From assembly GCF_006345805.1 (NCBI RefSeq), contig NC_042998.1, forward strand, positions 160,766,001-160,830,000: 64,000 nt of DNA. Direction: 5' to 3'. Below, piece by piece: positions 1 to 12,333 of the stretch. The position numbers were made by a program, and so were the translations under genes. The stretch comes from Octopus sinensis (lineage: Eukaryota). Every line of letters starts with the position of its first letter. Within the stretch, counting starts at the first letter, position 1. Below the pieces are notes generated by a model. The model searched no databases and had not been told where the DNA came from. It saw only the letters and a list, made by a program, of their open reading frames with translations.

Positions 1-238
1 AAGCACCATCTGAATGTGGCCAAGGCCAGTACTGCCTTGACTGGCTTCCATGCCAGTGGCACATAAAAAGCACCCACTACACTCATGGAGTGGTTGGCAT
101 TAGGAAGGGCATCCAGCTGTAGAAACACTGCCAGATCAGATTGTGGCTTGGTGCAGCCTCCTGGCTTCCCAGACTCCAGTCGAACTGTCCAACCCATGCT
201 AGCATGGAAAACGGACGTTAAATGATGATGATGATGAT
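1..238 (+). mobile_element. RTE-clade LINE 3' end (3' UTR plus (GAT)n tail), running off the window start
   Basis: GGAAGGGCATCCAGCTGTAGAAAC...CCCATGCTAGCATGGAAAACGGACGTTAAATGATGATGATG. The same tail follows the RTE ORF C-terminus in the copies at 25.5 and 39.2 kb. Confidence 0.85.
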
Positions 239-743
239 ATATCTCAGTGCATATAATTTAAAATGATTCTTAAGCTGTTTACTACTCTGGCAAATGATTT
301 GATCAATGGTCGTGTGTTATTGTTGATAAGGCAATTGCAAGTCATTGTGTTCATCCAAAAACAAGATACACATGCATTATCATTGAAGTAAATAGAGATT
401 TAATGTCTTTATTGGATTTCAATAGACTAAACTAACCATGACCAATGAGGAAGCCTCTACATAATCACATAACTTCTTTGAAAGAATTAATTATTGTGTG
501 AAGATGCGTAGCCTAGTGGTTGGGGTGAGTCCATGTGTTGTCACTTCCTGGATGGTCATGGCTCCATGGGCAACTTAAAGAATTAGTGAAAGCATGGTAC
601 ATACTACCAAGCCATATTTAATTGCAAGTGATTGTTATAAGTTTATTATCATTAATTAGACATCACACTAATGAAATATTAACTTAAACTAAACTTGTAT
701 TAATCTTAAATAATTATTAAAATCTTGCAAGATATCTGATATT

Positions 744-1075
744 GGTGCTGGCATAGCTGTGTTGGAAGAAGTTTGCTTCACAATGACATGGTCTCTGGTT
801 CAATCCCACTGGGTGGCATCTTGGGCAGGTGCCTTCTACTATACCCCTGGGCCAACCAAAGCCTTGGGGGATTGACACTAAAAGAAACCTATTGTATATG
901 TTTCTGTGTATATGTGTTACTTTCCTTGGTGTCATGTGATAGGTATCACATAGCTGGTCATGGGGAACATAGCCTTACTTGGATATAGGTGAGGGTTTGT
1001 GACTGGAAGGGCATTTGGCTGTAGAAAATCTGCCTCAGCAACTTTCTTCTGACTCATGATTAATGATGATGCTAA
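744..1075 (+). mobile_element. tRNA-derived SINE family A with RTE-like 3' tail, degenerate
   Basis: B-box-like GGTTCAATCCC, core GGCATCTTGGGCAGGTGCCTTCTACTATA, tail GGAAGGGCATTTGGCTGTAGAAAATCTGCC ending in ATGATGATG. Confidence 0.7.
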
Positions 1076-4000
1076 TCTGACAATGTCTGATAATTTCTAA
1101 TATGTGCTTATTGTTCAGAATGTTGAACTCTGTTAAAAAAACAAACAAACTAATACACACAATGAGTTTTTTGTTGTTAATATGAATCTGTACAGAAGAA
1201 ATAAATGTCAGCATAACCAGGCTTGCAAGAACCCCCCCCCCCAAAAAAAAAACCTTATATTAGTTTTATGTAGAAATTATAATTAGATAAGATGGAAAGC
1301 CATGACAGCCTGCAATTGGACACTAAATAAGAAATTATAGAAAAGGAAATGTAAGAGATATGAAAAACATGTCATAAAGATAAAGAGTGCAATTTCTGGG
1401 TGCATCTTATATATATATGACATTTAGTATTTAGCAATAGGAGGGGCTTTTGGTGTATTAATAAAAGCAAGATTATCATACACACAGTCCATCAATTAAA
1501 CAAAAACTGTAATCTGAGTTGTTCCATGAGAATGGTTTCTCTATTATACATGTTGCTTTCCTTCTAGTCTTGTATCAGTAGACAGTTTGAGTATAACGTA
1601 CCCTAAAATGTATGAGCAATGTTCTATTTATAGTGTGATAGAAACTTCATAGAGATTTAAAGGGTAAATGCATTTTTACATTTCTGGAAAGAGATATTAG
1701 TGGAATAATACAAATATATTTATTGGATGTATATCCTCAATATACATACATTTAACAAATTGTTTTAAATGGTGGAACTCAAAAGTAAATAAATCTATAA
1801 ATAATAGCATGAAAATGTTGAGTTGAAAAACTCATTGGGTGGAAAAAGTCAAAGGATATACGTGGGACTTGAACTCACATCATCTGTAAACATAACAGAT
1901 GTTCTATTATTGTACCAAAACACTTCTTTGAATTTTTTCATTCATTTTAGAGGCTTACCAGCAAGAAGTGTTTGTGGTTTATGTCATAAGAACATGGAAA
2001 CTTGAAGAGGTATGATATAATTCATTTTTAACAGTGAAACTTAAAGTAGATAAAGCTATAAACAATGGTGCGATGGTAGAACATTTATCATGTTTACAGA
2101 TGTTGCTTTGAATCCCACGGGCAACCTTTGACGTTTTCCATCCAAGAGTCTTTTTTAAATCTAATATTTACATGCTGTTATTTATAGCTTTATTTACTCC
2201 AAGTTCCACTGTTAAAAACGATCAGTTTCATGTCTCTTGTGTATGTATGTATGTACGTATGTACGTATACACACATTTACAAGATACCACAAAGAAGAAT
2301 TATACATCTTCAAAATTTATTTATTACAGTATTATTCTCATCAAATTTCAATCTGACACAAGTTTCTGCTGGATAGGTGTCCTAGTGTCCTTTGATGTAG
2401 CATTTATGTGCATTTGGTTGATTCATTTGCAGTACATATTCATCCAAGGTAGACATTGCTATGCAGCTTTGTTCAAGGTTTTATCCATTTGGGTGGGTGA
2501 AGTGAACTGAGGATTCAAGTATTGAGCAGTCCCTAAAGTATATTCTGAATGAGAGACCAGAAAACCTCTTGGTACAATGACAGCAGAGTTTGGATTGAAA
2601 TATGACATGACTATAGTTCTGGTATCACTTAAATTTAGAATGACCATTTTAGATATTAAGGGAACAGATTATTTTACACACTTAAGACGAAAATCCTTAA
2701 TTAGTTCAGGATGCATTCACATCACTGACCATTCATAATGAGGATAATATGATACCATATAAGGTAAATGAACAGATTTAAAAGAAGTTGCAAGAAAGAG
2801 GAAATAAATATCATTTCAATTTGGGTAATCAAACAAGTACAAAATAATAAGTTTTATACTTTTTTGAATATTAGAAGAGAGATGAATAAAGTAAGTTGAA
2901 ATTCAAATCATATTTTGTTTCAATTCACAAATATATAACTGAAATTTAGTGTGAATTTGTTAAAATCTAACTAAACTAAATGTTTGATTATTATTTGACT
3001 AGGTTAATTCATGTGCACTTCTATCTACATGATATCTAATTAAAAATCTTTATTAGAAAATACTTAAATACTTTTCTAAATGAATGCCTGCATTTCACTA
3101 GTAATTCCTTACTGCAATTCAATTAGAGGTGAAGATATGGAATATTTCTTCAAGAATAGACTTTAAAGCATAGGGACACTAAATATGATATTAAATTAGT
3201 AATTATTAGTAGTGATTCACTGTACACTATTGGGAATTGGAAATGTGATCTAAGCTTGGTTGAAGTAAGAAGCAATAATTTCAAAAACAGTTTGGGACAG
3301 AGAAACCAGTGTTCATGTAATTTCTGTTTAGCCCTGGGTTAGTCGTGGCTGAACAGCCCTATGAACAAAGATGTTCAGTTCATGATTATTCAGTGTATTT
3401 TTCAAAGGAATAATTTATCAGGAATTGCATTATCCTGGATGTAAACATATTATTTCCTGCCATTTAAAAAACAATAGGGTGCAATTTGAAATGGATTTGG
3501 TTGTTAGTTCTAGCAAATTGAGTGTCCATATAGAGGATCCCTTGATAACTTGTGTACATGTTTATTTGATGGCTAGTTGAAGATTGTTATAAGCAGCAAG
3601 CACTTCGAAGGGAGACCAGAAATAATATAGATAAGTTCACAGCTGCCCTTAAACATTGTCAGAATTGTAAAGAAACATCTGATAAATACAGTAAAATAAA
3701 ATAAAATTAACGTTATATGAGATATCTCTCTTACTTCTTGTCCCTACATGTAGTCTTCACATATCATATATTTTGTAAATTTTGTTTTAGAGATAAAAAT
3801 TGTCTTACAAGACTTATCTCTGTAATATTTATCATATTTACAAAAAATAAGTCATCTTCCATTTATATAAAATGAAACAAAACAAATATGAAAGCAAAAG
3901 AAAAATTGAAATTAAAACTGCTTGTTTCTTGGAAATTTTAGTAAATGCTCTGCTAAAGCAAGAAATTCTTGTAAAGCGATAAAGCTTTAGTCCACAAACA

Positions 4001-4511
4001 CCATGCCATAAACAGATATTTTTTTCAAATTTCTGATTTATTTTTACCATTTTTATCTTTTGATTTTCTTTGATTTTATTCTCTTATTCCTTTTACTTCT
4101 CACTCTCTTTTCCATGTGTTTTTTTTTTCTGATTTCTCCTCTCTTAATCTTTCACTTGTTTTTTTACTCCTTTCTGCTCTTCTTATAACCACCTTTCTTT
4201 GATTCTCCTTCCTCAAATTCCTTCCTATTTACTTCCTAGTATTTCTTCTTTCTCTTAACGTGTTCATTCTTGCCCCAACCCCACCATCACATCTTATTAT
4301 ACTCCTCTTTTCTCTTTTCTTTCCTTTTTCTTCTCACCTAAATTTCTTTACAGTTTTTGTCCACTATTTTCTCTCTCTCCATCCAACCATCCAACCATTC
4401 CTATCTTAAGTTTGGTGCTATTTGATTAATTCTTCTCTTAGATTCAAACTTCCTCATCTTAACAAAAAAAAAAGCAAAGGTAAAAAAGGCATGGAGTCAA
4501 CATATCAGGTA

Positions 4512-4539
4512 GGGAGAAGGGAGAGGGTGAGGGGAGGGG
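4512..4539 (+). other. Potential G-quadruplex
   Basis: GGGAGAAGGGAGAGGGTGAGGGGAGGGG: five G-tracts of 3 or more with 1-4 nt loops. Confidence 0.6.
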
Positions 4540-5382
4540 CAAGGAAAAGTTTGAAGAGATACAAATTTCAATAATAAAATAAAGAATAAGAAACAGAAAA
4601 TGCATCTGAATAAGGCAAAGCTGAGATATTTATAAAACTGTCAGGAAAAATACGAATAACAACAGCAGCAGGAGTAGTAATGCTGCTACTGCTGCTGCTG
4701 CTGCTGGTGATGATGATGGCCGAGGATAATAATAAATGTTAATGTAACAGTAACAAAAACTATGAGCAGAATGATTATGATGAAAAGACAGAAGTTTGTG
4801 TGTAAGAGTGAAGGATTACATATGTTAAATGTGTAGGAAGCAGCAGTAGAGGAGTAGCAGCAGCAGCAGCAGCTTCACTTGAAGTTGGGTCCACGCTGCA
4901 GTGTTAGTGGAAAGGTCAATGGATAAGTCTAGTGTCCCGTCACGATCATTAACCATTCAGATACATCTAATGTGTGCAAGTATGTTTGTTCACTTATGCA
5001 AGTGGATAGTTTTAAATGCTGGTGAAAGGTGAATCCAACAAGCCCTGCAAATCTCTGAACGGTGCATAGCCCCTTTATTGGAGAAACATCTATCAAAAAC
5101 AGCTACAAGCAATATTGTTATAATGTGAAAATTTTTTGTTTATATTGTCTTTTTTTATATCCTTTTGTATGTTGAAATGATTGCCAATAAAGAGAATGGA
5201 GAAAAGGAAGAGGTGAATGAGACTAGAATGGAGGAGGAGAAAACAAAAAAGAATCTCTTTAAAGTGTCAAACTATGACATTCTTTCCATTACTTCTATTT
5301 TGATCAATTCCATGCCTACCCACCCTCATGTCCTGCTGGCATCCATTTTGGTTAACATTGACTTGTCTGCCTTCCTTTTCAG

Positions 5383-5745
5383 CTCAACAAGCTATTTTGA
5401 TCTGAGAGCTGAGAAATCATATTGTTTTATTTGTAATTATTAATATTATGACCTTGCAACGAGCAGCGGGGTTTTTACTTGAATGGCAAGCAGTAGAGAG
5501 AGTTCTTCCTTGTCAACATCCTCAAAGGATATGAGATGACTTTGTATCTTTCATGACAGAAAAAGCCTCTAAATTACTGATATGCTGAATATGGAAACTG
5601 ATAGTCATGTGGAGACTTTGTTCAAAGCTCCCTGTCTACCCAAGGCAAGATTCTGTCAGAACCATCTGGCTGCATCTTTTTTGAAGTGACCAAACTTGCC
5701 GAGAAATTATGGAATATTTGGGAGAAGGCAGCCGAGAAAATATTT
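5383..5745 (+). other. Candidate exon (5' UTR or first coding exon) of an unidentified transcript
   Basis: Acceptor CCTTCCTTTTCAG at 5370-5382 and donor GTGAGT at 5746. Non-repetitive sequence with several short ATG ORFs; ATG at 5709 (MEYLGEGSRENI, phase 1) is open into the donor. No homology recognised. Confidence 0.3.
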
Positions 5746-6789
5746 GTGAGTAACGCTGACATATTTATTGTTAATCAATGGCTTTTGATATCCTGTGAAA
5801 ATATGAATAACAACTCAGCAAATGCCAACAGGTAGTTACACCATCAATAACAGTGTTACCAATATTCAATCACATGGCTAATATCCGGAACTTTGTTAAT
5901 ATGCATATTTTATTTTTGTTTACTTGTTTGCTTTTGTTCTGATATTTTTTTCTTCTTGTTTTTGTTTTGTCAATTCTTCATGATAATAAAACATATTTGA
6001 AACTATGTAAATGACCACAATATAACTCTGTGCAGAATATTGAATCATAACTCTATAAATGCTGTTTGAAATCTTAGCCTTTCACTCTTATGGAGTGGTT
6101 TTGTGTAATTGTACAATTGTAGGGACCTTTAAATCACAGCTAAATAAAAACGAGCATTGATTAAATGATGAATGATTCCATAAAAATAAAAAAAAAACCT
6201 GACTCTATGATACCTAAACAAAACTTTTCGGAACAATATTCAAATACAAATAACAGATTTCTCTATAAATTTGCTATTTTTTTCCTCTAAGAATAATAAA
6301 CCTTCACAATATGAATGTGTGTCAACTCAGTTAGACTTCAATAAATCATATTAGTTTGGAGAAAGTTCCTCATATGATAATGTGATTATTTAATTACTTT
6401 TGTATGCAGCAGATTAAAATAAACTCAGTCAGGGAATTATAAATCCTTTTGATGTCCCATTTTTTAAAATAAAATGTTTATTAATATCAGTAGGGTCCAA
6501 CCTGAAACCTAATAAAAGTACGATCAATCTTTGCTTAACACTATTTTCCGTTTATTTCCATTCCGTTGCTTAGAAACACAAGATAATACTAACCAGCCAT
6601 AACCATTAGAATTGTCTAGGAAAGCAAAATTGACAATAACAGTTCATTGAGATTTTTAATTTTAAATTATTAATTATTCAGTCATTATTAATGTATAAAT
6701 GTATATTAACAGAACCAGTTATTGTTAATATTAATAGAATCAGTTATTGTTAATACAACCAGTTATTGCTAATGTTCACATCTGCGTAC

Positions 6790-7167
6790 CTTGAGAGTAT
6801 ACCCTGGCACTTTGCCACTATCTCTCTTGCTCTGTCTTACTCTCGCTCTCTCTCTTCCTCTAACTGGGGTAACTATGCATTTCCTGTGTAGCAAGACACC
6901 TGTTTCTGTTCCTCTCATCACCTGGTATAAAGCCACCTCATTTAATACCCACCCCACCACTTTTGAGGGATCTTTGTCTTGCAAATTACTTGGTGACCTC
7001 ACCAGTGCTGGTACCATGTAAAAAGCATGCAGTCCATTCCATAAAGTGGTTGGCATAAAGAAGGACAGCTAGCAATAAAAATCATGCCATAAAAGACAGT
7101 GGAGCTTACCAGCTATTAGCAAGACGTCCCAACCTATGCTAACACGGAAGATGGGTGATGACGATGC

Positions 7168-7199
<32 letters not shown>

Positions 7200-7205
7200 A
7201 TGATG
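6790..7205 (+). mobile_element. Non-autonomous element with RTE-type 3' tail
   Basis: Shares GCAAGACACCTGTTT, TCTTTGTCTTGCAA.TTACTT.GTGACC and GTGGTTGGCAT blocks with 10975-11428; ends in (GAT/GCT)n. Confidence 0.6.
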
Positions 7206-7767
7206 ACACTGCCTCAACTACCACCGAGGAGGAGGAGTTATTGTTAATATAACACTTTATTTCAGACCAGAGTTTTTGATTTGCTTCTGCAATATCTGAA
7301 ACAATCACAACTTTAATTCCTTGAAGGCACTTATTTAACAGAAGATTTTTCTCTACCTGCTTGGTTTTGAGAAAGAAACAGTGTCTATGGCTTTCATTAG
7401 TTCCTTAAGATAAGTGAGATTCATACAACTATTGTTCCACTTAGAGTATCGCATGTTGACATCTGCAAGAAAAATATGAGCATGAAGAGAGTTCCAAAGG
7501 ACTGGGTGTAGAGGTTAGTGAGAGGCCTGATTGGGGTGGGTGTGATCATAACATGGGTGAGAGAAAGAGGAAAGACAACTGAGATGGGAGTGTCTAAAAG
7601 GAAACATGACACTTTCCAGCTCTGAGAATCTGGGGTCATTATAGTAATAGTAGAAAAGACAGAGAAAGGAGACAACATTCAAAAGGATCAGAGGCTGGAG
7701 CATGTCTGTTGATGACTTTATGTCAACCACTTGAGTGGCCTTACACTGAATGCAGTCTATAAGTCTA

Positions 7768-7983
7768 CAAGGGGGTGCTGAAAAGTCCCTGGCTTTGGGT
7801 AAGACAAAATACAAGGAGATCAGGTAATTTTGATTTTATTCAACATATTCTCCTCTCAGATTCATGCATTTATTGCAGTGGTCCTTCACTTTTTCTAAGT
7901 CCTGTAAAAGAACTTAGAAGGTTGGGCCTCCAACCAGGCTTTTTGGGATACCCTTAAAGCCAAGAATTTTCAGCACCCCCTTG
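7768..7983. mobile_element. Mariner-type MITE (216 bp)
   Basis: TIRs CAAGGGGGTGCTGAAAAGTCCCTGGCTTT and AAAGCCAAGAATTTTCAGCACCCCCTTG, flanked by TA at 7766-7767 and 7984-7985; no coding capacity. Confidence 0.9.
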
Positions 7984-8094
7984 TATATGTCTATATGTGT
8001 AACATGAGGTAACTACACATGTAGACAATCTGAGTGTCTTGCTCTCACATCTATAGGCAACACTCTCTACAGTGGACCATCTCTGAGCCTTTTT

Positions 8095-8430
8095 ATCTTT
8101 TATCTTTTACTTGTTTCAGTCGTTATACTGCATCCATTCTGGGGCAGTGTCTTGAAGAATTTTTAGTCAAATGAAAAAAAACTCAATACTTATTTCATCA
8201 AGCCTGGTACTTATTCTATAATTCTCTTGTTACTGATCTGCTAAGTTACAGAGACGTAAATGCACCAGCAATAGTTGTCAAGTAGTGGGGGAAGGGAGAA
8301 ACACAAAGACACATGCAATGGGCTTCTGTCAGTTTCCATCTACCAAATCCACTCATAAGGCTTTGGTCAGCCCAAGGCTATACTCAACCTGGAACCATGT
8401 GCTTGGAAATCAAGCTTTTGGGGCCTAAAT
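8095..8430 (-). mobile_element. SINE family A, degenerate
   Basis: Reverse complement of family A body: CTACCAAATCCACTCATAAGGCTTTGGTCAGCCCAAGGCTATA, GCTAAGTTAC, GTACTTATTCTAT. Confidence 0.75.
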
Positions 8431-8589
8431 ACTTTCTGGCCTTAAAGAGAAAGGTCAGTTATTTTAGATGTGGTTCTAGTTATGTTAAGTTTGTACTTTC
8501 ACCAGGGGACATCCTTGGTAGTTATTAAACCTCACTGTGATGAATAATAACTGAAATGGATTTTTTGTTGTTATAATAACTACATAATA

Positions 8590-9135
8590 TTGATTTCAAA
8601 TTTGGCATTAGGCCAGCAATTTCAGGGGTGGGGTAAATCAATTACTTCGACCCCTCTGTTTAACTGGTACCTTTTTTTATCAACCCAAAAAGGATTAAAG
8701 GTAAAATTGACTTTGGGAGAATTTGAACTCTGAATGTAAGGACAAATGAAATACCACTAAGCATTTTGCCTGGCATGCTAACAGTTCTGCCAGCTCACCA
8801 TCCTAACTGCAACATTTATATATTACAAGTATTAAGAATAAAAGTAAGGTGATGTACTTTATTTGTTTTATCTCTGCCAGCTCACCACCTTAATAATAAT
8901 TACATAATATTTATTTCTTTATTGCCCACAGGGGGCTAAACATAGAGGGGACAAACAAGAACAGACAAAGGATTAAGCCGATTACATCGACCCCAGTGTG
9001 TAACTGGTACTTATTTAATCAACCCCAAAAGGATGAAAGGCAAAGTCAACCTCAGCGGAATTTGAACTCAGACGAAATACTGCTAAGTATTTTGCCTGGC
9101 ATGCTAACGTTTCTGCCAGCTTGCCACCTTAACTA
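8590..9135 (-). mobile_element. Two tandem SINE family B copies (about 8590-8830 and 8905-9135)
   Basis: AAAGGATGAAAGGCAAAGTCAACCTCAGCGGAATTTGAACTCAGA and CATGCTAACGTTTCTGCCAGCT blocks in both. Confidence 0.85.
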
Positions 9136-9599
9136 CATAATGTTACAAATGAGAGATGTAAACCATCTCATCAAAATACAACTGACACTTCTATTGTCAA
9201 ATTTTTGCTAGTTGTTCTTATTGGGACTAAACAGAGCAGGAGGAGACATGTGGGATGGATAGTCACTGAAGAGGTCACAGGATGGGATGAAAGATTTTCA
9301 AACATGTTGTTGCTGTTATTGCTTAGTCCTATGACATCCCCTAATGGAAATGTGTTCTACTTGTGGAACATTTCCTCTTTCTTTTACTCATAGTATACTT
9401 TGAACTACATTGATCACCATGTCCACCCATTTTTAAGTTAGTAAAATGTGATATGATGGAGATTTGGTTATGATTTCTATCAGATTGAATGATCACATAG
9501 AGGCTTTCTCCATTAACTAACTTCCTTCTTAGCTTTAACTTTCACTTGGTTCTGATTCCTTGTTAGATCCTTAGCTCTGGTTGCCACTTTCTTTCATAT

Positions 9600-9755
9600 C
9601 AATGTTTCAAGCTGCCGAGGTCAACTTTGCCTTTCATCTTATTCCTTTTGAAGTCAATAAATCAAATACCAGTAGAACATTGGGGTTGATGTAATCGACT
9701 GGTCCCTCCCCCCAAATTGCTGGTGTTGTGCCAAAATTTGAAGTCAATATTAAAT
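9600..9755 (+). mobile_element. SINE family B, 5'-truncated
   Basis: GCCGAGGTCAACTTTGCCTTTCATC...AATACCAGTAGAACATTGGGGTTGATGTAATCGACT...CCAAAATTTGAAGTCAAT. Confidence 0.8.
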
Positions 9756-9971
9756 GTTTCAGTGTTGGTGTAAGTAACTGAGCATTTATCTGACTGAGTG
9801 ATAAAATCATTGCTTCCACTCATAATCATATATATTTATGTGTGTGCACACACATGCATGCACACACACACACACACACACATTGAAGTAAATGTAGGGA
9901 TAAGCAAATTAGACTGATCAATATATAAAGTATATTAAATAGATATCTATATCTATATCTATATCTATCTA

Positions 9972-10002
<31 letters not shown>

Positions 10003-10034
10003 GCATGTGTATCGTTGTGACATATATATATATA

Positions 10035-10250
10035 TATGTGACCACGTGTGTATCATTGGCGATTTTTTTTTCCTCCATCTTCCCTTCCTTGGATCTTTCT
10101 TTTTTCTATGTTTCTGACAAATAGCTCTGCTCGAAACGTTAAATCCTCTTTCTTTCTTTCCTTTCCTGAGCGTCCAATAACACTATACTTGTTCCACGTC
10201 CCCATATTGTTGTGTTTTCTCTTTGTGTTTTCATGTTTAGATTAACTATA
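10035..10250 (+). mobile_element. ~215-bp Penelope-like terminal element with hammerhead-like core, inserted in (TA)n
   Basis: Clearly homologous to the reverse complement of 38931-39146; contains GTTT-CTGACAA-ATAGCTCTGCTC-GAAAC-GTT-AAAT at 10110-10144. Confidence 0.6.
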
Positions 10251-10935
10251 TATATAAAAGATAAACTATCACTCTTTTATTATAAAAACTAATTCTCATT
10301 TATTTTGACAATATTTACAAAGTACTCTGTCATTTAAACACATGGTATTTATTGCGCAGAACAACACTCAGATTTATATTTGGTACTTTCAGTATGCTAT
10401 TGCAATCATAAATTGTTGCTGTTTACTGAGTTGTAATTTATATTTTTGTGGGATATCAATGATCATTGATTAATAATAAATAAATCAACATTACACACAG
10501 TTATTTTCTTTGCCGTTTCCCAAAATATTCTATAGTTTCTCCAGCAACTTTGGTCATTTCAGAAAAGATGCAGTCAGATGTTCTAAGATTATATCATTTT
10601 AAGTACATTTGGAGCTGACTAATTAGTACAGTATTTTGATGCTTAGAGAGAAAATGGTAGATAGGTAAACAACTAGTTAACTAGCCATATAAATGAATAA
10701 ACAGATAGACGGATGAACAAACAAACTAACAGTTAATTAGAGAGAAAAATGTAAAAATGGATAGCCTGGTGGTTGACTGGTTGAGTATGTATATATGTGT
10801 TGGTGTATTTATGTGCTCGTGACTTTGCAGTTCAGCAAAAGAGATTGATAGAATCAGTACTAGGCTTAAAGAAAAAAGTACTGGGTTTGATTCATTCAAC
10901 TAAAAGTTCTTCAAGGAGATGCCCTTGCATAGCTG

Positions 10936-10974
<39 letters not shown>

Positions 10975-10976
<2 letters not shown>

Positions 10977-11428
10977 AGCATGTACTTCCTCTATAGCAAG
11001 ACACCTGTTTTTATCTAATGTTTCTCTGTCATACTTTAACCTTTCATCATCTCACACAAGATCACCTCCTCCAATGGTCCTCCGCTCAAAAAATTCTTTG
11101 TCTTGCAATTTACTTAGTGACCCTGTTGGTGGTGGTGCCATATAAGAAGCATCCAGTCCACACTGTGCAGTGGTTGGCATTTGGAAGGGCATCCAGGTGT
11201 AAAAACCATGCTTGTCTGTGCTGGTGCCATGTAAAAAGCACCCAGTCCACTGTTGAGGTGGGGGGGGGTGGTGAATGGTGTTATGAAGAGTATCCTGTCA
11301 TAAAGACCCTGCCAAAACAGACACAGAAGTATGATGTAGTCTTCTACCTGGCTGGCACCTCTCAAACTGTCCAACTCATGACAGCATGGAAGGCAGACAT
11401 TAAACAATGATGAAGACGATGATGATGC
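10975..11428 (+). mobile_element. Non-autonomous element with RTE-type 3' tail and internal duplication
   Basis: GTGCCAT.TAA.AAGCA.CCAGTCCAC occurs twice; RTE tail GGAAGGGCATCCAG and (GAT)n end; related to 6790-7205. Confidence 0.65.
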
Positions 11429-11431
11429 ATA

Positions 11432-12136
11432 TACAACTCTTCTGGATGGTCCCCTTGTTTAAGTTGGTGAATGCTGCCATAACCCTTGCCTTCAGTTCAT
11501 CTTTTGTGTTACAAGGAGTTTTGTGGTCTCTTGCTCAACTGTGCCCCACACATAATAATCAAGGGAATTGCAGCGTGGTGAGTTAGGTGGCCAGATGTTA
11601 GGGGTGATGTGGTCACAGAAATTGTCTGACTGTCATGGCTGGGTTCTCCTGCTTGTGTAGCATGATGCAGAATCCTATTGCTGGACATAGGGTCTTCCAG
11701 CAGCCATGCTCTTGACCCAGGGCAGTACTACCTTCCCCAGCACTTGATGTAGGCCTCCGTGTTGAGTGTGAGGCCATATGAGAAAATGAATAGAGGCATA
11801 ACGTCACCATCACTAGTGATCACTCCAAACACCATGATGCTGACTGGGTGTTTGATTTTTATCACTTTTGGTATATGGTTTGGGGACATGGCAAGCCAAC
11901 GGTTGTTCTGTGTGTTCACCATCTGTTTGTACTGGAGCTTCCAGCTCAAATGCCAAGCAGTACAGCATGTCGTTTCTAAATTTCTGGTAGAGTGAATTGC
12001 ACCATGGTGCTATTTTTTTTAGAGACAGTGCCCAACTGACCCTACTATACTGTGTAGTTGACAAAATCAAAACTAAACAATGTGCATGTGTGAAATTAAA
12101 AATATAAAATGGCAACAATTTACCCATTGCACCCTG
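11432..12136 (-). mobile_element. Tc1/mariner DD37D (maT-type) remnant, internally deleted
   Basis: Translated remnants VMVFGVITSDGDVMP and NFCDHITPNIWPPNSPRCNSLDYYV, with 37 residues between the QD Asp and the final D. 5' TIR CAGGGTGCAATGGGTAAATTGTTGCC is next to TA (12137-12138). Confidence 0.85.
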
Positions 12137-12164
12137 TAAATAAGTATACATATGCATACATGAT

Positions 12165-12315
12165 GGGCTTCTTTCAGTTTCCATCTACCAAATCCACTCA
12201 CAAGACTTTGGTCAGCTTGAGACTATAGTAGAAGACACTTGCCTAAGGTGCCATGCAGTGGAACTGAACCTGAAACTATAAGGTTGGTAAGCAGGCTTCT
12301 TACCACACAACCATA
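12165..12315 (-). mobile_element. SINE family A 5' half
   Basis: CTTCTTTCAGTTTCCATCTACCAAATCCACTCACAAGACTTTGG...GAAGACACTTGCCTAAGGTGCC. Confidence 0.85.
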
Positions 12316-12333
12316 CCTCTTCTTATATATATA

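Noticed and set aside
2459-2647. - strand ORF DTRTIVMSYFNP...LNKAA with downstream AATAAA, and 42-59-nt exon candidates at 1950-2009 on both strands
   Set aside because: No recognisable homology, weak acceptor, and mutually exclusive strand readings; cannot be separated from chance.
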